A DNA stretch of 63,380 bases, the filler included, from Cercozoa sp. M6MM (lineage: Eukaryota > Protista > Endomyxa: Ascetosporea), in assembly GCA_040357565.1 (NCBI GenBank). It is 9 parts of 9 records of this genome, joined end to end, with 100 filler letters (N's around TTAATTAATTAA, not from the genome) between each part and the next. Parts side by side here need not be neighbours in the genome. Positions count along the whole stretch, not along the records: positions 31,608 to 56,942 come from JBDODJ010000154.1; 8 more parts are not named here. One strand, written 5' to 3'. The position numbers and the translations under genes were made by a program. Below are positions 39,026 to 53,681 of the stretch, piece by piece. Position 1 is the stretch's first letter; every line of letters begins with the position of its first letter. The notes under the pieces were generated by a model, which did no database searches, was not told where the DNA came from, and worked only from the letters and a program-made list of their open reading frames with translations.

Positions 39026-40861
39026 TGTGTGTGTGTGCGTGTGTGTGAACACGCGGGAATGTGCGAAATAGCTCGGTCTCCTCGCATGGTGCCGCATCCC
39101 GCTGCCGAAACTGAACGGCGCCTTGCACCGATTGTACGCGCTGCTGCGTTCGGACCTGCCGGAGGTGCAGCGCTCTCTCCTGGCCGACCTTGTTCCTGCA
39201 CACGTCGATCTGCGTGCACCCGGTCTCACTGGTACCCGCCACTATTCTGTATGTGCCTGTCCTCTGCACACTGTATGCTTGTCTAATGTACACTGTACTT
39301 GGACGTACATTACAGGGTACCCACAACCCGACAATGCTGTCGCGCAGCATGTCAAATCCGTCGTGGCCAAGTACGCCTCACTGGCGATGCCGTGGAAGAT
39401 GTGCGCTCCACAGGGACCTGCGACACCACTGCCGCGTTTGCTGGAGTTATGTGGCTACAAACGAGCTGAATGTACCACAGACTACACGTACTGTCGTAGC
39501 CTAAGACTTGAGTATGTGTGTTTGCATTTAGATATGGACGAAAGCGACGGCCACATGGACGCTGCAGCTTCAAGCGACGCCGAGAGTGTCTTTGCTTCGG
39601 CACGTGATGACCTGTGCATGCTGCTACTCAAGGTGCTACCTCCTTGATTTCTCTGGTTTTTGTGTGTTTGGTAGTGACCTCTCTATTGGACAGGAACTGC
39701 TACCCTTCAGTGCACTACCGTCGGACACAGTGTTCTGGCTGAGTGAGGGCGCTCCGAAGTAAAGGGTTTTGGATACTCAGCTGATTGATATGTGAGTGCT
39801 CATGTGGTAGCAACGAAGGTACGCCGCGACATCGTGCAGTGCGAGATCGCGTGTTACCGCTGGTGTGGCGCTACGGTGCCTGTGCCACGCGGTCGCTCAC
39901 ACGGCGGGCTCACACGCTGCTGCAGTACACGATCATTGAGTTCGGCTGCACCAATGGTTGCTGTCATGTCTCCCGGTTGTATAGGCGTACGTTCACGTTT
40001 TGTGTGTACTCAGATGTGGGCCCACTGCTGGCTCATATGTTTCCGCACTTCTTGCGTCGCTCGCTGCGTGCGTATCCGGACGCAGTGCCGATGCAGGCGA
40101 TAGGCGACGTCTTTATCGCTGTACACTCAGCACACAGTACACACACATGTGCAAATATGTGTGTGTAGGTGGCACACTGCGAGATGCCGTCGCCGTACGA
40201 AGCACTGCCGTTGTACTGCTGCCGTGTCGTGGCCGATCGCATTCTGCGCAGCTGTATCAGTGCTGACACCAACAGCAGTGACAGTAGCGGCTTCCTCAAC
40301 ACTCGCGACGAAGCCTTCGTGCCACACCGGCGCAGTCGTTCTGCCATTGTACCCTCTGCTCCTACATGATGACGAGTTTGCCTACTTCAGTCTCCCTATG
40401 CAGGTAGCCAGCAGTGACGAAGGCGCACACTACCGTGTACACTGACCCCTAGATACTTTTCCCTGCTATTTTTGCTATGGTATGCGGTACCCGTAGAGTA
40501 TGCCTCCTGCGGGCACGAGAGAAACGCGCACACCTGGTCGCTCGCACTTCCCGATGCAGCTCGTGCTGATGCTGCACGCTTCACTCGGCGCACTGCCACA
40601 GCAGCTGCTGCCGGAGGCGTTCGACATTGTCGAAGAGGTCCTCGATGCGGCGCCGATCAGCGAGTGCGAACGCAGTCTCGACGTGTTAAGGTGCTGGTTT
40701 CTTCTTTGTCTCTCAAGCACATACCTCTTTTTAACAACCCTGGAACCAGACAACTGCTGTGGCGCAACTACGACCTGTCGCGCCGAGATCTCATCCTGCA
40801 CTGGTACATCCGGCAGGTGGCGCGCTTGCGGAAACGAATCGGCATGCAGTCAGCACTCTAA
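34824..40861 (+). CDS. Large alpha-helical repeat protein; C-terminal region is PEX8-like and ends in PTS1-like SAL
   Basis: Many exons. The C-terminus RVLPLVWRYG...RRAHTLL...FLRRSLRAYPDAVPM...LLPEAFDIVEEVL...NYDLSRRDLILHWY...QSAL* resembles plant/fungal PEX8. Whether 34824-38600 belongs to the same gene is uncertain. Confidence 0.6.
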
Positions 40862-41600
40862 CCAGTCTATTGAAAAGCGAAGTCGCTGCTGTCAATCCTG
40901 CCGTATCCATACATACACGCCGCTGTTGTCGTCTGTCCGATACAGTGGTTCCGTTCCCGTCCGTTCGTTTGCATCTTGCAACTTCGCACCGTTTTTATGC
41001 TTACGGCTTCGCTAAGGAGAGGCTGGCATAGCGGCGCAATAAATTTACCGTACGCACGAAAAAAAATGAAATTCAACTGCTGGAGATCTGGCAGGGTTGT
41101 GGCATACTGAACACCGGGAAGGACAGCACGATGGAAGCCCTGCTTGTGTCAATTCGACGAATGGCAGCTAAAGCAAGTCCCCACTCACCAAATCAGGAAA
41201 TTAAAAGTCGACTCATGGGCCAAATACTGAGGAGGAACACCAACAAAGCGGTTCCGAGCTACAGCGAGGCTTTAAACGATTTCAGGTCCAACAAACTTTG
41301 TTTCAAGGGGCAACATAATGCAGCTAAATTCGATCATCGACCCACAGAAATATTTTAAAAAATACAGTTCATCTTCAAGAAACGACCTCAGCGCCGAGAA
41401 GGAGGGGTGAGCGCGATAGCGATGCGGCATGTGGCCTAGAATAATTCTAAGGCGGCATGCGGCTCAGCGCAATCAAATGATCAAGCGTTTCGCATCTCTG
41501 CACCTGACTCGCGTACGATACCTTTTTGTTGTTTCCTTCGGTCGCGTGTTTGTCGATACACCTTCTTGAGCAGCTGAAGCAGATAGACCACCGATTAGAC

Positions 41601-44336
<2,736 letters not shown>

Positions 44337-44909
44337 TGTTTTCTTAAGTGTTTTGTCGAGTCAGACAACTCACGTCAAAATGCTGTTTGCTGCACAATAA
44401 AAACGGACGATGCTCTCGCAGCTTGCCGATATAGAAAGCCCAACCATTACAGCGTTGAGATCGACGTAGCGACACTTGTGATTGGCTGCCGCTTGAAGGC
44501 TGTTGTGATAAAGCGGCGCCGGTTTTCGGTTCACGGGGCAGCAGGCAGAGGCACTTCACGGGCAGCAGATGACACCGGCATTCGTGGAGGGACGCGCGTC
44601 ACTCGACGTTCCAGTTAGAGTTCTGGCACTTCGGGTGCCCTCACTCAAGTTGATGGTCGGCGTCTGATCGACAACACGGACTCGCGCACTCAGATTGCTC
44701 GCCCGGCGTCGCGTGGGGAAGAACCCAATCTGCACGGAACTGCAGCCCATGAACGCAGCTCTCGAGATCAGGTTTCGTCACTTCTTCTTTCGCACCTGAT
44801 TTTGTGGTCCGAATCCATGAGACGAACAAGCGGAAGCCTGGGTGATTCACCGCCACTAAAGCCTTGTTATTTGCTTTGATGCTTGCAATTCTGCACAAAT
44901 AGCTCCAAC

Positions 44910-45873
44910 ATGTCTTTAACGGCACGAGAACACGCACTGTACATGCTACGTTATTCGAGGTGAGTTGTTTTTTGTAATTCCAATTGCGTGGGCTGCGCGA
45001 CGCGATTCAATTCGAGTCGAGTTGGTTATTTTCTGTTGCAGATGGGCAACCAAACAGCTGATGTTGTCGTTACGTCAGCAACTGTCCGCAGGTTCGACTC
45101 TTTGATCAGTCCAATGGAAGTATCCTACGCGCCATGTGCCGGGTTTGGAGTTTAGAGCAGTTGTCGAAGGAGGTCGTCCGTGTCTTTCCCAATGAAGGCT
45201 CGATTCTTAATCTCCTTGCGCATGTAACCTTGTTGCAGATTTCATTGTTCTGTGTCGTTTCGATGTTCTTTGTTTTATTCAGGTGGCAGCGGGCGAGAAA
45301 CTCTGGTTTTCGCGTGTGCAGTTCGACCGGTGCACACAAGAACAGCTGTCGCCGCTTTGGCGAGCCTCGAATGACGTTCAGTGTGGCCGCTTTATCGACT
45401 TGTTCCGGCGAAACAACGATACCTCCTTGGAAGTACTCGATCGGGTACTTCCGACGCTTACTGGTTCCATCAGTCTATCCTTTGTCCGGGTTCAGATTGA
45501 AAAAGAGCTGTACAATTTGAACGCTCAATGGAAAGCCTACGTGAGAGACAGTGACATGGGTATTCCTGTGCTAAGTTAGGTGCACCACAGGAGTCTGTAC
45601 CCTGCTCAGGGACGTTGGAGTACCAGGATTCGTCCGGGTCGACTATGCACATCGAGATTCCTCGTCTATTGGCACACTTGTGCAATCACGCGACACATCA
45701 CCGCGGTTTAATGCGACCTGCTGAACTTTGTGTGAATCGCTTGTGTCAACCAAACATAACATAACTAATCGTTTTTGTTGACTTGGATTGCAGGACAAGT
45801 GACAGCGGCGATGTCAACATTCCCAAACGTGACCGTACCTGGCATTGATCTGCTTTACGTACCTCAACTTTAG
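44910..45873 (+). CDS. DinB/YfiT-superfamily protein (bacterial DinB-type) with at least 5 introns
   Basis: MLRYSRWATKQL, GSILNLLAH, EKLWFSR, LEYQDSSG, LLAHLCNHATHHRGQVTAAM, PGIDLL; His triad intact. Confidence 0.85.
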
Positions 45874-46323
45874 CCTCAACTAAATGTGTGGTGGGTACTG
45901 TTGTATGTGACATTCATAGTTCCGGGACGATGAAGAACACTAGTCGGAGTCGTGATGGCTCAAGTAACACTGCACCGACTGGACGCCGGCGGTGGCAGCC
46001 CTGGCCGACACGAACTACGTATACTGAGTACGTATGCGCGTGCGATAGGATATTGTTCTGTATAGTTTAAGTATCCATCGGTACGTACGGTACCGTACAA
46101 GTGAGTTCAGTTATCAATGGTTCCGCACGCGCATACCCGACCTCCCTCCCATTTGGCATTAAAAATAGTAAACGTAACGTGACGATATAGTATCGTAAAG
46201 CAAAGAACGGTAGCACTATGTCGACGTTGAGCATCCGATCTGCTAACGTAACGGTACACGGCAAATCGTTTCGGTTTACTTGGACTGAAGTTTCGTGCGT
46301 CACTGCATGCACTCATGCCACGG

Positions 46324-47173
46324 TCAGTTGGTCGGCCCGGGGAGCGGCAGACCGGCCTCGCGCAGCACGTGTCGCACGGCGTCGCTCACTTGTCGCTGAA
46401 GGGACTGGCCACGGACGCACTGCAGCGTGTCTCGGGCCACCTCAGACAGTCGTGTGTGCACGACATGCTGGATCGCGTCGAGTCGCCGCAGCGACAACAC
46501 GTGCTCTAGCACGCGCTTCCACATTTTCTGTGACACAAGCACACAAGCAGACCAATATTGCAGCAGGAAAAAGCCGTGGAAGGGTGTACCGACAGCAAGG
46601 CCCACACGACGGTTTCACGGTTGTGCAGAGTGTCGTGCACGTACCACAGGGCACTGCAGGAACCAAAACCTAACGATATTGAAGCAGCAACCAACAAGGA
46701 CAAGTGTACCGATCAATTGAAACCAGCGCGAACAGAATGTGGTCTTTGGTGCTGTCGTGTCGGTCGAAGAGATTTGTGACTGACGCTTTCTTCAGCAGCG
46801 ACAGTGGCGCACTTGGCACCTGTGTGCAAGTCAACCACACACCCAGACAGCCAAAGTCAGACACACCTTAATAGTACTACACCTGATATATGAATGTGAA
46901 ATGGTACAGTAGATTTAGACATCATCAGTCGCGGGTACAGCAGCCGCAACACGACCGATCGGTGTTGCAGCAGACTGTATCAGTATTGACACATATACAC
47001 ATGCCAACGGGGGGGGGGGGGGGGAGGGAGAGAGAGAGGGGAAGAGGGAGAGAAAAAGAAGAGAGAGAAAGAGNNNNNNNNNNNNNNNNNNNNNNNNNNN
47101 NNNNNNNNNNNNNNNNNNNNNNNNNNNNNNNNNNNNNNNNNNNNNNNNNNNNNNNNNNNNNNNNNNNNNNNNN

Positions 47174-47236
<63 letters not shown>

Positions 47237-49172
47237 CTGGCAACCTGTCGATCAGATGGTGTCGCAACTGTGCCCATCGAGTAACCTCACTGAGCACGAC
47301 GTCGCGACGCTGTGTGTGGTCCTTGCACACGTCTATACAGCGCTGCAGTGTCTCGGCCATCTTGTCGACACTCAACGATTCTGGCACCTACGGGAGGGGG
47401 TAGGGGTAGGGGTAGGGTAGAGCTAGGGGTAGGGCTAGGGCTAGGGATAGAAGGTACTGCCAGGAACACGAGGAGGCGCAGCTCGCGCAGTGTCACCGGT
47501 GTCGCCGCGTAGGCCTGCGCGCTCTCCTTACCGCCCGAGGCTTGTCGACCCAGCGGCAGTGCCTCCAGCGACCACGCTGTCACCTGACCACGTGTGTGAC
47601 TGGTCACTCACCCTAGTGACCATGTGACCTAGAGAAACGCACCTGCTTGACGTTGCGCAGCATGCATTGGCGCTGTTGGGCGTCGGCGTCGCTCCAGGCG
47701 AGTCGCGTCAGTCGCAGCAGCACCGGCGCCGCCGCTGTCTGCAGCAGCGGCCGCACATGTCGCAGTGTCAGTGACGGCACCCTACGCACACACGTGCTAA
47801 GTGGTCACCCAGTCACACACGTGGGTAACAGGCGTACCGAACCTCGTCGTCAGTGTCCAAGTCCGAGTCACTGTCGGTGTCCGAGTCGTCGTAGGCCACG
47901 AGTGACTGCGGTGTCTCCAGTAGCTGCTGCAGGCACACCGTCGCACACCGTCGCATCACCCGTCGCTGATTGCTGTCACCGTCACCGTCAGTCTCACCGT
48001 CACCGTCAGTCTCACTGTCACCGTTGCCGCACATGTGCACGCACTGCAGCAGCACACCCACGTCGCAGAGCACGCGCTTCTGCAGAATGACCACATGTGA
48101 TGATCCATCAGTCACACAGTCAGCCACAAATAGTGATCGATCATGATTGATCACACAAACCCGGAAAACAATCGCGAAGTTGGTACCAAATCGACACGAC
48201 GGCCCAGTGCTACGGCCAGGGCCAGGTGCCACGGCGACTGCGGCGCCAGTCGACGCACGTGCTCACTGAGACGTGATCGATCACGCGACTGGTCACTGAG
48301 CGATATATCTGAGTGATCACTGAGTGATCGATCCACACTGTCGGCATCGCATGTCACGGCACGTGTCAGCAGTCGCAGCAGCAGTTCGGTGCCGCAGTGA
48401 TCGCCTGTGACACCGTCAGTAGTCTCTGTGTCACCGTCAGTCGTCTCTGTGTCACCGTCAGTGGCGGTACCGTCAGCGGAGTTGGCACGTGCGCGCAGTG
48501 CGATCAGATCGACCACGTGCCGCGTGTCAAAGCAGCGCGCCACGGCGTCGAACAATCGCTCGCTGACATCGTCGCCGCCTGCTCACACACAGTGATGATT
48601 CCGCGATCAGTGAGTGATAAGTGAGTGATCAGTGAGTGATCAGTGAGTGATCAGAGGATCAGGGTTGACGGTGTGACTCACGCGGCAGGAACCGTCGCAG
48701 CCACCTGACGTCGTGTGCCGCCTCGATGCGCGTACGCACCTCGTGTCGCGAGAGCTCGCACCTGCCCAGTGTCCACCCATGTGACCACCCACGTGACCAC
48801 CCATGTGATCACCCACGTGGCCGGGTACCGAGTCAGCAGGCCGGTCAGCGCGGTGGACAGTGCGTCCGACGGCGCCGACGCCAGCAGTTGCATCGCTGCG
48901 CGCACTCTGTCCGACGCGGCACGTGCGCACGTGTCTACAGTCACACAGTCACACCGTCACACAGTCAGTCTGAGTGAGGCTAGGGATCAGTAGCAACCGT
49001 CACAGAGGTCGCCCACGTGTGTCGCCTCCAGTAGCGCGTGCAGCAGCAGCGACGGTGAATGCTGCTGCGCCAGCAGGTGCGCCAGGTGCGCGCTCCGTAT
49101 CTGACGCATGTGCGACTGCGCCCAACTGCACACACACACATCCGCGCGGGCGATCACATATCAAAAAGCACA

Positions 49173-49223
<51 letters not shown>

Positions 49224-49233
49224 NNNNNNNNNN

Positions 49234-49281
<48 letters not shown>

Positions 49282-52200
49282 TCTACCGAGGTAAGAAACG
49301 CCGCAGTCGCCGCAGACACCGCAGCGGCAGCAGTTGCGACAGCGGCGGCAGCGGCGGCACTTCCTCCTCGGGTGCGTGGTCACTACACACACACAGCCTT
49401 AATTAACACAGCCTTAGATAACACAGCTTTAGATAACACAGCCTTAATTGAGACATTCTTAATTAAGGGGGGGGGGCGCAGACTACCTGCTTTCGATGCG
49501 ACGCCGCTTGACGGGCGACGAGTCCGCATCGGCCGTCGCGGCACGTTCGTACACGAGCATGTAGGCGCACATGACCCGCCGGTCGCCGCCGAACGATTCC
49601 GCGCGGACGCTCTCCTCTGACACACCAGGGATACCGTACTTCGTAAGGGGTAATGAGGGGAGGGGGTATACCACTGACCGGTCGCACCGCTGAGTCGTCG
49701 CACCGCCACCATCGCAGCGTTTCGCGACACCGCACGAGACTGTAGTAGTGTCCGCCTGTACAGGACATGTGGACGGTCCATATGTACACACGTGTCCAGA
49801 TAGATTCATCGATTGCACCAGTGGCACGTCGACCGGCGTGCACCACGACGCCCATCAGTCGGTACATTGTACTGGGGGAGGAGGGGGGTAAACTGGGGAG
49901 GGAAAAGGAGGGGCAAGGGTAAAGCACCTGTCTGGATCGCTCCTGTCGATGTTGCCGCTGCAGTAATCCCGCACGTCCAACAGATCGTCGAATCGCATCT
50001 CCTGCCAAAAAAGAGGTTGGTACAGATGGACCACCTGGGGACTTAGTTAAGGCGGCGACTGTGTGCATGTGTGAGTGTACCGACGACAGTTTGCGTCGCT
50101 GCAGCGTCTGCAGATCGAACGCGAAACGTTTTAGCGAAAATACGAGCACCGGCGGCAGCGTATTCATCACCTCTCGCCTGAGGATGGGGAGGGGGTGAAC
50201 AGGGGGTAAACGAGGGGTAAAAGCCTACTTGAGCATAGTGCGCGGCCGGTCGTCGCATTGTGAGCAGCGCACACCCTGTCCGCGCGGATACACACAACGA
50301 TAAATACAACAAAGACAACACAGACAAACCGACAAGCAGCACCTCGACCAGCTCGCCTTTGACACTGTCGGCCAGTGCCTGTACACGGGGGGGGGGGGTA
50401 AGAGGGTGGTAAAAGGGGGTAACCAGGGGGGGGGGTAAACAGGGGGGCATAAACGCACCGAGCGCAGCGTGGCGTGTCCCTCGACGACGGCACTCGTGGC
50501 AACAAACGTCTCACGTCGCTGCCGCATGTGCCGACAGTCCTCCTGCTGCTGCTCGTCTTGCTCACTGTGCCCGTTGATGTAATTAAGGGTGAGAAAGGAC
50601 CACCCACTTAAGGGGGCGCGAGGTACCTCTTGCTCGACTGATTAAGCGGGTGCAACCGTCCGATCAGCTGACTGAGCACGTCGCCCTCGCACACGTGTCG
50701 CAGCACGTAGTGCCACTCGTGTCGCCGCCGACTCGGGTCGCTCTGATCGCTCGCACCGTCAGTGGAACCGTCAGTTTGATCGCTCGCACCGTCACTCGAA
50801 CCGTCGGTCTGATCAATGGAACCGTCACTCCGAGTGGCGGAACAGAGCGCGCGCCACTCGCGCTCCACGCGGTCCAGCAGCAGCGCGAAAAACTCGTCGG
50901 CGTCCTGCTGCACGAGCGGGTCGATGCCGGCGTTTCTCCAGAAGGCGCGCGCCGTCGCCACGCCGTCCGACCCGTACATCTCCGGGTACGCCATCTGCAG
51001 GAAGATGTACTGCAACTGTTGCACCCTGTGCACACACACATATAAAACTATTACACGAATGTGGCTACACTGCCACTAGACTGTCCAACTGGATTGTTCC
51101 AATGGAGTGTCCCAATGGACTGCCCAATGGACTATCCAAGCGGACAGGCAGGTGCGGGACAAGGAGTGCGTGCGTACCACAGGGACTCGCAATCCTGGCC
51201 GCGTAGTCGCCGCACGTCCGTCGCCAACACGGCGTTTCGGAAGGCCGGGATTCGGTACAACTGCTGCAGCACTGTAGCCACACAACACACATGGACAGGT
51301 ACACATGGTACGCATGGACAGGTACACACGGACAGGTACACACGAACAGGTAGATATAGACGGTACATTGACAGTACACATGGACCAGTAAGGTAGGACA
51401 TGGGGAAAGTACCGCTGTTGAGGTAGCACACGCACGCCGGATTCGATAGACCGCGCGTCGGTGCCACGGACTTAACGACGGATTCGTTAAGGCCGCTGCC
51501 GTTTTTCGGTTGATTAAAGAGGCGTTGGTGCTGTTGTTTAAGGCTGCAGTCGGCGCAGATGCAGGTGCCGCGCAGCACGTCGACACTCGGCTCGCTCAGT
51601 GCTGTTACACACACACACACACAGATATATATATATATATATATCTATATATGTGTGTGTGTCACACACATGGGTGACACACACGTGCACGAGTCACTTG
51701 ATCCCGCGTGGGTGAGTGGCGGTACCATCAGCAGTGGTGAGAACCGTCAGTTGCAGCCGCGACAGGTGGCACGAGACACGTGCGCCGACACGCGCCGCGA
51801 GCAACAGCAGCGCCCGGCGCGACCGCTGCGACAGTGCCACGCGGCCCTCCAACTCCTCCGGCTCTGTCCAGAAGTACACCGGGTCCACATGGACAGGCCC
51901 ACACCACACAGATGTCGGTCCAAATGGACGCACACAGCAACCTGTACCAACGCAGGCGACGTCGAACACGAGCAGTCGCTCACAGGTCGTCGCCAGTTCG
52001 GCGCACACCTCCGGCGACGGTACCGACTGTGATTGCACGTGTGATCGCACCTGTGATCGCAAGTGATTGATCAGTGCAGTGACGGTTGCGACAACACCGT
52101 AGAGTGGCCAGTCCACGTGCGCGTCGCCCTGCAGCGCGCCGATTGGTTCGCACGCGCGCAGGCCACTCAGTGCGCGCGTCAATGCCTGCAGCCACGTGCT

Positions 52201-53650
52201 CCAGTGGTCACTCTGATCACTTTGATCATTCGTGCGATCACTGTGGTCACTCTGAGCGGACGTCGATAGCGCACGTGTCACCAGCAACAGCAGCAGCGAC
52301 ACGAGTGCGCGGCACGTCGGCAGGAAGCGCGTACCGGGAGTTGCGTTTCCGTGATCACTGCGGTCACCCGATTGATCACCCGATCGATCACCTGATCTAT
52401 CAGTTTGATCACTAGAACCGTCAGTGTCGGTCATGACACCGTCCGACACGGGCGGCGTCGACACCGTCAGCGGCGGCACCGGCAGCAGCAGCACGCGGCA
52501 CACCTGCGATAGCAGCGGCTGCACCTACGCGCACATACAGCGGTACACAGTACACACGGGACACATTGCGGTCCATGTGGACACACAGGCCAGGTACGCA
52601 CGGACTGGACGAATCGGACGGTCCAGGTGTACCTGCGAGGGGTGCGACATCTGCGACAGCAGCGACGCGGCCGTTTCGGCGTCGGCGACGGCCGCGGCAT
52701 CGCTGGCGTGGTCCACCAGAGCCACGCGGAGGTACACCGTGTCCAGACAGGCCTACACACGGTCCATATGTACACGGTCCATATGAACACGGGCGATATG
52801 AACACAGTCCATACGTACACAGTCTATATGTACACAGTCCACATGTGGTACCTCGGGCAGTCGATCGAGCGACTGCTGCGACAGCGCGAACAACAGCAGC
52901 TTCAGCAGCTCGCTGCGATGACTCGACTGTGCACACGCGGGGGTAACGGGTGGGTAACTGGGTAAATGGACAAATTGGACCAATTAAATTGAGGTAGAGA
53001 TGAGGGCAAAATGGGGGAAAATTGGTAAAATGGAGGGGGGGGAGGTAAATGGGGGGTTGGGCAAGACTACAGCCATGACGCGTTGCAATCGGATCAGCAG
53101 CAGGTGCGCCAAGCGGCGGCATTCGGCGCGCTGCAGCAGCAGGAGCGACGCCTGCACGGCCGTGTCGCCGACGGTACCGTCCAGCGCACGCTGCAGCACC
53201 GTGAGCAGACGTTCCGTGCTCACGTGGTCACCCATGTGGCCATCACTCGAGTCACGCACGGTGCACGTGCTGGCCAGTACAAGTGGCAGCGACACCGTCA
53301 GTGGCGGCACCTCACACCGATCGCTCAGCGCACGTGGCAGGCACAGTCGCACACGCGCCAGTTCCTCGCGGCACTGCAGTCGCATCCACTGCCACAAGCA
53401 CACACCGGTACATATGTACACTTGGGGCACACAGGTACACTTAGACCCGCACACAGGTACAGTTGGACACACACAGGTACATACACGGGTACACTTGGAC
53501 ACACACACAGGTACACATGGACCGAGCTACGTTCATGTTGTCGGTGTCGGGCGCGTCGAGAGCGTGCCGGCGGTGCCACTGCGCCAGAACGATTAGTCGC
53601 AGCAAACGCTCGCTTTCGGCGTCACCCGGCGCACTCAGCAGCACTGTGGT

Positions 53651-53681
<31 letters not shown>

